The translations under genes were made by a program, and so were the position numbers. The notes under the pieces are model-generated. The model saw only the letters and a list, made by a program, of their open reading frames with translations. It made no database searches and was not told the DNA's origin. Source: a virus. From it: a stretch of DNA of 64,000 nucleotides. The stretch's first letter is position 1. Each line of letters starts with the position of its first letter. Below are positions 57,344 to 64,000 of the stretch, in pieces. The stretch is from the IMG/VR virus record IMGVR_UViG_3300028867_000005, positions 1-64,000 of that record. The stretch is one strand, 5' to 3'.

Positions 57344-57772
57344 ATGCCAGTAGCAACCAATGTGAAAACTCAGACCGGTAACCGCATTATCGTGCAGCTG
57401 AACGGTATTGCGGTTGGCCTGGCCCGCGGCGTCGATATGAACGATGACTACGGACTGGAGCCGGCAACCGGTATTGGTGATATCCATGTGCAGGAGCATG
57501 TGCCGACGGTCGCGCGGCATAGCGTTGCGGTCAGCACAATGGTTCTGATCACAGGCAATTTGCGCCAGTTGGGTATTGCTGTTGAAAACGGCGACGGGGC
57601 GCTCAAAGGGCTCATTTTTGATATCGTGACGCTCTCGAAAGACACCGGCGCAGTACTGCGCAAATACATCGGCTGTTCGTATGGCAGCGGCTCCGTGAAC
57701 GTGCAGGCCAATGCTATCGTGGTCAGCAACAGCAACTTCATGGCTCTGGATGTGCAGGGTACTGGCCTGTAA
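57344..57772 (+). CDS. Tail tube protein
   Basis: 142 aa after the sheath; G......GIG.....EHVP motif. Confidence 0.8.
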   Translation: MPVATNVKTQTGNRIIVQLNGIAVGLARGVDMNDDYGLEPATGIGDIHVQEHVPTVARHSVAVSTMVLITGNLRQLGIAVENGDGALKGLIFDIVTLSKDTGAVLRKYIGCSYGSGSVNVQANAIVVSNSNFMALDVQGTGL

Positions 57773-57775
57773 TAG

Positions 57776-57816
57776 ATGGCGCAGACGGTTATATTTTGCC
57801 GCTGCGCCATTTTTTT
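57776..57816 (+). terminator. Intrinsic terminator after the tail tube gene
   Basis: ATGGCGCAG(A)CGG...CCGCTGCGCCAT followed by a T run. Confidence 0.7.
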
Positions 57817-57857
57817 AATTATCTGCTGTTGAAAACGATTAAAACTGGTGAAAAACC

Positions 57858-58304
57858 ATGAACATGACTTACAGCAAGACAGGTGAGGCGCTGACTGAGG
57901 GTTTTGAAGGCTGCCGCCTGACGGCCTACCAGGATGTTGCCGGTGTCTGGACTATTGGCTATGGCACCACCGGCCCCGATGTTGTTGAGGGGTTGGTGAT
58001 TACCCAGGATGAGGCTGTCGTTCGCCTCGAGAAGGGGATCGCCTGGGCGGAAAGCGCCGTCAATCGCCTCGTCACTGTCGCTCTGACGCAGCCTGAATTT
58101 GATGCACTGGTTGATTTTGTCTACAACCTGGGCGTTGGCGCATTCGAGGGATCTACCCTGCTCAGCCTGCTCAACTCCGGCGATTTCCACGGCGCTGCAG
58201 ATCAGTTCGAGCGCTGGGACCATGCCGGGGGTGTGGTCGTGGCCGGTCTGCTCCGCCGTCGTGTAGCCGAAGAGACTGAATTCAATCAGGGCATTACGCC
58301 CTAA
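57858..58304 (+). CDS. Lysozyme (GH24 endolysin)
   Basis: FEGCRLTAYQDVAGVWTIGYGTT (E-x8-D-x5-T triad), FDALVDFVYNLG and GLLRRR..E. Confidence 0.95.
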   Translation: MNMTYSKTGEALTEGFEGCRLTAYQDVAGVWTIGYGTTGPDVVEGLVITQDEAVVRLEKGIAWAESAVNRLVTVALTQPEFDALVDFVYNLGVGAFEGSTLLSLLNSGDFHGAADQFERWDHAGGVVVAGLLRRRVAEETEFNQGITP

Positions 58305-58347
58305 TCCGGTGGCGCACGGACGCGCCGCCCATAACAGGAGAGATAGC

Positions 58348-58710
58348 ATGAAAATTTCACGCAGAGTCGCAGCAACAGATTTTGATGTTGCGGTAGATGG
58401 CATAGGCACATTCCGTTTTGGTCGCCGGACCTTCCGTGACCGCTTCTCGATTGCAGCCAAGTATTCTGAATTCACCGAGGGCGTCCAGACGCCGACTCCC
58501 TGGCTTGATTTCATGGCGTCGGCAGTCGCTGCAATTACCGTTTTGGCTGTCGCTGTTCCGCCCGATTTCGACATCAACATGGTTGATGCGTATGACGGTG
58601 AGTCCGACAAGGATATCCTCCGCATTTATACGGCGCTCGTCGCCAAGGAGGATGATTTTCGCAAAAACCCAGGAAAAGGAAGCGCGGAAACTGGGGAGAG
58701 CGTGGTCTGA
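58348..58710 (+). CDS. Tail assembly chaperone
   Basis: AGGAG SD; between the tube and tape measure genes. Confidence 0.65.
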   Translation: MKISRRVAATDFDVAVDGIGTFRFGRRTFRDRFSIAAKYSEFTEGVQTPTPWLDFMASAVAAITVLAVAVPPDFDINMVDAYDGESDKDILRIYTALVAKEDDFRKNPGKGSAETGESVV

Positions 58711-58957
58711 AACCATCGCCTTTTGGTTCCGGCGACAATACAATCTAGCCCCAAACGATGATCGCTTCCTGAACATCACCCCGTATGAAATGGAAGCCGA
58801 TTACTGGGCGCATCAATATGCGGACAAAAAGGTAACCGAAACCTTCGAGGATGATGACTTTGACGAGGCTCAAATCCTGGAAGACATCAATAATGGTGAT
58901 TTGGACCTTTCCCAGTTTGACGACGTAATCCCTGATCAGGCTGGAGGTGCGCAATGA
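58657..58957 (+). CDS. Chaperone extension (G-T type), probably reached by a +1 frameshift
   Basis: Open +1 frame (...WFRRQYNLAPNDDRFL...) overlapping the chaperone 3' end with no good start of its own; TTT CGC at 58657-58662. Confidence 0.55.
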
Positions 58958-61629
58958 CAGATGTACGGGTAGGCGTGACCGCCAACACCTCCGGCGCTGA
59001 AGCGGCCCTGACCGGCATGGGGAAGGCTTCCGATAAGGTAGCTGTTTCTGTTGAAAAAATCGGTGTAGCCTCCGACAAAACGGCGCAGGGCATAAAGAAA
59101 GTCACGATGAGCATGAAGGAATTGTTCAATGTGCAGAAAATGCTATCGACTGCCTTTGGCAAGCCCGTCTCCCGTACCAATGCTCTGCGCTTCGTCAATG
59201 GCTTCTCCGATATGCAGTCTGGCAGCGCCGGGCGCGGCATCATTGGGCTGTTCCCCTCTGCGGCGGAATGGGCAAATCAAAATGATTTGATGCACGGCTC
59301 TAAAAGTGCCGCTGACGCCTATTTCCGCCGTACCGTCAACCAGGCTGCCGCCCGCGGCGGAATGGGCATGCGCATTTCCCCTATCATGCCTGCCGCTCCA
59401 GCAGGTGGTCCTGCAGAACCCACCCCTGAGCCTGGCCCGGAACCCGAAGAAAAACAGCCTTACGACTATGGTGGCAAAGCCAAGAGCATGGCGCTGGACA
59501 TGTCCAAGGCTATGCTGGCGCTCGCTGGCATCCAGGGCATCATGGCGCTGGCTGGCCAGGCCATCAACCTCGGCACCACGGAGGCCATGCAGACGGATAC
59601 CCTGAAGCGCATGATGGGCGATACCGGCGTCGACTACACCTCGCTCCGTGATAGCTTCCGCAACAACCGTGACGGCCTCGGCCTCACCTCTGGTGATCTG
59701 GGGCGCCTCGGCCTCAACTATGCGCGCACGGCCGGCATAGACGGGTCTTCAGACATTGCCGGCGAGACGCGCACAGCTGCCGGCTTTGGCCGGTCCTACG
59801 GCATTGAGCCTGACGCCACTGTCGGGTTTTTCGGCAACATGCGCAAAGAGGGCATTACCTCAAACGACAGCAGCAACCGGCGCCTGGCGCTGATGATTGC
59901 TGAGGCCATGGACAAGGGCAAGGTCGGGAGCCGCACCGAGGAATTCCTGAGCGTGGTCAGCGGCTTCGTCCAGCGGGCCGCGCAGAGTTCGTTCCAGCAG
60001 GGCAATGTCGAGCAGTTCATGTCCTACCTGAGCACGCTGACGGGCATGGGCATCAAGGGTGTCGATATCGAGGGCGCAGCGGGCCTGATCAATCAGGCTG
60101 ATAGCAGCTATCGGCAGGGCGGGGGCAAGGGGGAGGCAAGCCTTAATGCAATCATGGCCTCTCTCCACCAGGCGCATCCTGGCCTCGATCCATTCCAGTT
60201 AAAATTCCTGATGGAGGGCGGCCTCGGTGGCACCATGCAGGGGGCATTTGGTAAGACTACCCTTGGTGCTGACTGGATTGGCAAAGGAAAACTGCCTCCT
60301 GGGATGGACAGCAATGAAACTAATGCTCAGGCTTTGTCGAATATGCTGCGGTCGAAAGGCATGCCTGAATGGCAAATTGCTGACTCGCTGGCAGGCATGT
60401 TTTTTGGAGGGAATGAGCATAAAGGCATGGCTCTTGATCTGTTAATGAAGGGTGCTGGTAATAAGTTTGGAGGCATGGCCGACTCACTAACAGCATCTGG
60501 CATTGATATCAACAATATGAGCGTCACCGGCTTCCAGACGATGGGCAAAGTCATGGGGGCTGATGCCGGTGGCCTAGAGCAGTTAAGGCAAGATTTTCTT
60601 CACCGCCAGGATATGCAGGGAGAGACTGGAAAACTTAATGACTTGGCAGGGAAAAGTCCTGATGAAATGAGGCGGGTTCTGTTGTCCTTAGCGGCTGCTC
60701 ATGGACAAGAATCGGACCCCGGAAAAGACTTGCTCAACGCAACAAAGGACATGGAGCAGTCGCTCACTGATCTTGGCAGTAAAAGTCTTGTCGTAATGAC
60801 GGATTTAAAGGAAATCGTATCTCGTATTGCAACAGTGCTTGGCGCTGATAGTACTTACAAAGATTCTGGAGCTTTGCCGCAATCCAAAATACTGAATGAT
60901 GCTCTTGGTACAGGAAAGCTGGGTCTTAGTGGTTGGGATACCAACCCAGAAAACCCTGACTATGCTGCTAATATTGCCGGCCTTGCTGATCTGAATGCGC
61001 GCCATGCAAAACTGCGAGGAACAGGCCGTAAGCTTCAGTTTAGCGCCAGTGAAGAAGCCGCTATTTCCGCAGCTGCTGGTGGCGATCCAGCCATTATAGA
61101 TATGATGAAAGCAAATCTTGGCGTCGAAGGCTGGGGTCATGGAAATCTAGATTATTCTGACACAAAAAATGGTGCATATAGCCCGGCGCAGATCCGGGAG
61201 AGTGCTATTCGTCAATATGGCGGAATGTATGGAATTACTGACCCTAAACAACTTTTAGGCAAGGGCGGCTTTAATGCTGCCATGCAAATTATGGCAGAAA
61301 TTGAGCGGCACAATCTTAAAGCCTTTGGTGGTGACAAGTTATCTGGAATGCTTGCCTATAATATGGGTGTCACTGGGCTTAGGGATTATCAAACTGGAGG
61401 GTCAGCCGGCACTGACGCCATGAAAGAGCATGGTATTGACTACATGCTTAAATTGGCTGCAACAGAGCGCAATAATGGTAATGCTGGGACAAAAATAAAT
61501 ATAGTCATCCAGAATACCGACGGCTCCAAGAAAAAGAGCGTATTTTCCTCGCCTCCCAAAGCCGCAGGTGTACCAGGGTCTGCGCAGATTGGCAGTAAGG
61601 ATCATGACACTTTCTGGGTGGGAAACTAA
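58954..61629 (+). CDS. Tape measure protein with C-terminal lytic-transglycosylase-like domain
   Basis: Ala/Gly/Met-rich helical protein after the chaperone; AYNMG motif near the C-terminus. Confidence 0.75.
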   Translation: MTDVRVGVTANTSGAEAALTGMGKASDKVAVSVEKIGVASDKTAQGIKKVTMSMKELFNVQKMLSTAFGKPVSRTNALRFVNGFSDMQSGSAGRGIIGLFPSAAEWANQNDLMHGSKSAADAYFRRTVNQAAARGGMGMRISPIMPAAPAGGPAEPTPEPGPEPEEKQPYDYGGKAKSMALDMSKAMLALAGIQGIMALAGQAINLGTTEAMQTDTLKRMMGDTGVDYTSLRDSFRNNRDGLGLTSGDLGRLGLNYARTAGIDGSSDIAGETRTAAGFGRSYGIEPDATVGFFGNMRKEGITSNDSSNRRLALMIAEAMDKGKVGSRTEEFLSVVSGFVQRAAQSSFQQGNVEQFMSYLSTLTGMGIKGVDIEGAAGLINQADSSYRQGGGKGEASLNAIMASLHQAHPGLDPFQLKFLMEGGLGGTMQGAFGKTTLGADWIGKGKLPPGMDSNETNAQALSNMLRSKGMPEWQIADSLAGMFFGGNEHKGMALDLLMKGAGNKFGGMADSLTASGIDINNMSVTGFQTMGKVMGADAGGLEQLRQDFLHRQDMQGETGKLNDLAGKSPDEMRRVLLSLAAAHGQESDPGKDLLNATKDMEQSLTDLGSKSLVVMTDLKEIVSRIATVLGADSTYKDSGALPQSKILNDALGTGKLGLSGWDTNPENPDYAANIAGLADLNARHAKLRGTGRKLQFSASEEAAISAAAGGDPAIIDMMKANLGVEGWGHGNLDYSDTKNGAYSPAQIRESAIRQYGGMYGITDPKQLLGKGGFNAAMQIMAEIERHNLKAFGGDKLSGMLAYNMGVTGLRDYQTGGSAGTDAMKEHGIDYMLKLAATERNNGNAGTKINIVIQNTDGSKKKSVFSSPPKAAGVPGSAQIGSKDHDTFWVGN

Positions 61630-63260
61630 TGAACGTTGATCGTCCTGCTCTGTCAGTAAGGCTCTACAAAAATGTGGTGCGCACGACTATAGGCGGCAAC
61701 CTGGCCGCTTCTGACCGGGCACGCGCTGGTGCCTTCAATGTAGACCTGACTCCCTACATTACCGAAAACGGCCATGTGAAAACCAATAAAAGCCGGCAGA
61801 GCATCAGCGGTACGTTTGATATCATGCTGGCCGATATTATGCGGCCCGACACCATGGATTCGATTTATGCCAGCATCGAGCCCATGGACCTGATTGAAAT
61901 AAGGTTTTGTCGTAATCAGTCAGACCCAGCCTATAAATCCATTCCCGGCAATATCCCTGTCGTCATGCGCGGCTTTGTGAGCAAGATTACCCGCTCGCGC
62001 GCCATGTCAGCCGATGGGAAACCGTTTATGGGCGTGAGCATTAGCGGGCATGACTACGGGAAATTGTTTGAAATATTCCGCATTTTCTATGCCAACAATT
62101 ACATCATTGGTGACAATATAACCAGTGCGTTCCCTCTTTTTGAGAAGTTCGGGGCCTTCTTTAAAGTTGCTGTGTCAGCCGCTGAATTTGTCGATACGGT
62201 CAGGGATAAAATAATCAACAACCTCATCGACAAGATGCGGCAGGAGTCGCTAGTTATTGCGTCTGCAACCTCCACGTCTTCATTCATATCAGGGCTGAAT
62301 ACTACTGTGAATGGGCTGACGGCTGGCCAGCAAATCGCACTCCTGGGGGCTTCTCCGATACCGCCCTCCCCGATCATGCATATTCAGCCGTACACCCCAT
62401 ATTCTCCTGATCTTGTGAGCGCCAGCCAGAATCCTCTTAATCGGCCCAATGTAAGCTGCTTGGGCTTTCAGGGGTTCAATAATGGCTCCCTCTTCGACTT
62501 CATGTCGATCTATGGTGACGTGGGCGCCTTCAATGAGCTGTTTGTGCAGGACGAGGAAGCAGGCGTATTTCTGATGTACCGGCCGCTGCCTTACCGGGAT
62601 GTGTACGGGAATTTTATCAATGCGCTGCATACCACGCAGGTTCCGCAGCAGGTAAAAATAACGGCTGCCGACATTACCGATATCACGCTCAGCCGGTCTG
62701 ACGCCAGTGTCGCTAATTTTTACTGGGTGGATAACCCTGACTGGTACCCTGGCGATGCCAGCCTTCTCAAGATGCAGTCCGCTGTCGGTGGGCAGAATGA
62801 CTACACCTTGGACGGCTATAAAAACGCCACAAACCTGCTCTACGGCGTACGCAAGATGGAGGTACAAACGCACCAGCAGGGCAGTGCCACCAGCCGCGGC
62901 GGCCAGATGCAGGATGAAAGCGGGAGGCAGCAAGACCTGAGTTTCTTTTCAGGATGGCTTGGTGATAAGCTGGCCCAGTTGATCGCTCAGAACAAAGACA
63001 ACGTGGTCTTTGAAGAGGGCTCGCTGTCCCTGAAGGGCAATGAGAAGATAAAAATCGGCAATGAGCTCCTGGTGACAGAGGGGGCCATGAACTGGCAGGG
63101 TTACGTCGAGTCAGTTTCTCACGAATACATGCCGTTTCGGAGCTTCACTACTCACGTCTCTCTCGAGCGCGCCACCTCATTCATTGCCAGGTTGCAGGTG
63201 AAGGCCGGCGGCAAATCCCCGTACCTCTCTGAGCTGGGCGGAGCTTCGGCATATGACTAA
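61629..63260 (+). CDS. Baseplate hub-like tail protein
   Basis: Follows the tape measure; GTF.I.L, MRGFVS.I.R, G.DYGK, YG.R and G...IKIG...YVE.V.H. Confidence 0.65.
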   Translation: MNVDRPALSVRLYKNVVRTTIGGNLAASDRARAGAFNVDLTPYITENGHVKTNKSRQSISGTFDIMLADIMRPDTMDSIYASIEPMDLIEIRFCRNQSDPAYKSIPGNIPVVMRGFVSKITRSRAMSADGKPFMGVSISGHDYGKLFEIFRIFYANNYIIGDNITSAFPLFEKFGAFFKVAVSAAEFVDTVRDKIINNLIDKMRQESLVIASATSTSSFISGLNTTVNGLTAGQQIALLGASPIPPSPIMHIQPYTPYSPDLVSASQNPLNRPNVSCLGFQGFNNGSLFDFMSIYGDVGAFNELFVQDEEAGVFLMYRPLPYRDVYGNFINALHTTQVPQQVKITAADITDITLSRSDASVANFYWVDNPDWYPGDASLLKMQSAVGGQNDYTLDGYKNATNLLYGVRKMEVQTHQQGSATSRGGQMQDESGRQQDLSFFSGWLGDKLAQLIAQNKDNVVFEEGSLSLKGNEKIKIGNELLVTEGAMNWQGYVESVSHEYMPFRSFTTHVSLERATSFIARLQVKAGGKSPYLSELGGASAYD

Positions 63261-64000
63261 TTTGCGCCTCGCCAAGGTCACAAACATGCACCCGGAAGGG
63301 ATATGCGCTGACCTGATCTGCTTGGACAATGGCGACCGCTATCCGGCTGTCATGATCATGGGCGAGCAGAGCCTCAGCGACTGCACAGGCACCGTTGACC
63401 TGACTGAGCCTGGGCTCCCGCCATCTGGATCTGCCGGGCAGTCTACGGACATAAACGACAGCACTACAGGACCAAACCTGATCGCCGTGTGCGGCACGCT
63501 TCGCCATGGTGGACTGATAATCCTGGGCTTCCTGTCTCCCCAGAAAAGCCAGATGTTCGTGGAGGCCGGGCGCCGGGTCCAGCGCCATGCTTCCGACGTT
63601 TACACCACAACGGATATTTTCGGGAATTTTGAGCTTTACCATCCTAGCGGCACCTATTTAAGGATAGGCGAATCGACAGCTCATGACGATCTGACTGGCC
63701 GCGATTTTAAAAAGCTGTGGGCTATCACCAAGAACACCGGGCGCCAGCCTCACATCCATATGAGTGTGGCGGTGGGAGGGGTATCACAGGCCAGCCTTGA
63801 TATGGCCCCCACTGGCCAGGTAACAGTTACGTCAGGCGCTGACACAGTTGTAAATGCCACTTCAAACGTCTATGTGACAGCCGCAAACGGAAATATCAAC
63901 GCAACTGCTACAACCGGCAATATCACAGTGTCTGCTCCGCTCGGGAACCTGAACATCCATGCAGCTACCGGGGCCGTGAACGTGCAGGCGGTAGACGTGA
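63253..64000 (+). CDS. Baseplate spike (gpV/gp45-like); runs off the right edge
   Basis: Not in the track; open frame from ATG 63253: OB-fold-like N-terminus, HPSG..L.I, then GNI.V.A beta-helix repeats. Confidence 0.7.
   Translation, partial: MTNLRLAKVTNMHPEGICADLICLDNGDRYPAVMIMGEQSLSDCTGTVDLTEPGLPPSGSAGQSTDINDSTTGPNLIAVCGTLRHGGLIILGFLSPQKSQMFVEAGRRVQRHASDVYTTTDIFGNFELYHPSGTYLRIGESTAHDDLTGRDFKKLWAITKNTGRQPHIHMSVAVGGVSQASLDMAPTGQVTVTSGADTVVNATSNVYVTAANGNINATATTGNITVSAPLGNLNIHAATGAVNVQAVDV

Larger units (their letters stand above)
1..64000. mobile_element. Large myovirus-like phage / prophage (possibly phage-plasmid) genome segment
   Basis: Terminase, portal, protease, scaffold, capsid, sheath, tube, tape measure and baseplate genes, dense small accessory ORFs with ATGA overlaps, and no recognisable host housekeeping genes. 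Confidence 0.95.

Noticed and set aside
1-64000. Stop-codon reassignment suggested by the possible UCA tRNA
   Set aside because: Long genes are intact in the standard code, and TGA/TAG stops coincide with next-gene starts

Overview
The whole window is part of a large contractile-tailed (myovirus-type) phage or prophage/phage-plasmid genome of about 60% GC; no host housekeeping genes are visible. From left to right: (i) a leftward block with a truncated GT-B glycosyltransferase, a C5 DNA methyltransferase frameshifted by a heptamer microsatellite, and small accessory genes; (ii) an AT-rich origin-like locus with 13 GGTWACC repeats, a DnaA box and two IHF consensus sites; (iii) a rightward accessory block (N4/N6 methyltransferase, RNAP alpha-CTD homologue, DUF3307, DUF4031, peptide deformylase, metallopeptidase) running into terminase; (iv) a 1.3-kb cluster of tRNA, tRNA-like and hairpin RNAs; (v) portal and a zeta-toxin-like kinase; (vi) an inverted accessory cassette headed by a RelA/SpoT-type HD hydrolase and ending at a solitary type I-E CRISPR-like repeat; (vii) a MuF-like gene, a pyrophosphatase-domain protein, a DarB-like MTase/helicase and a second SNF2 helicase; (viii) fibre-like genes, protease, scaffold, capsid, neck, sheath, tube, lysozyme, chaperone, tape measure and baseplate genes. 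The strongest leads are: a probable phase-variable DNA methyltransferase, currently OFF, next to a glycosyltransferase; an alternating hairpin/tRNA-like RNA array; a shared hydrophobic-K[AS] tag on capsid, scaffold, protease and putative head cargo enzymes; a solitary CRISPR repeat (candidate RNA anti-CRISPR); and a seven-copy GKGAC-N2-YANNNT late promoter motif. All protein calls come from motif recognition by eye, without database searches.
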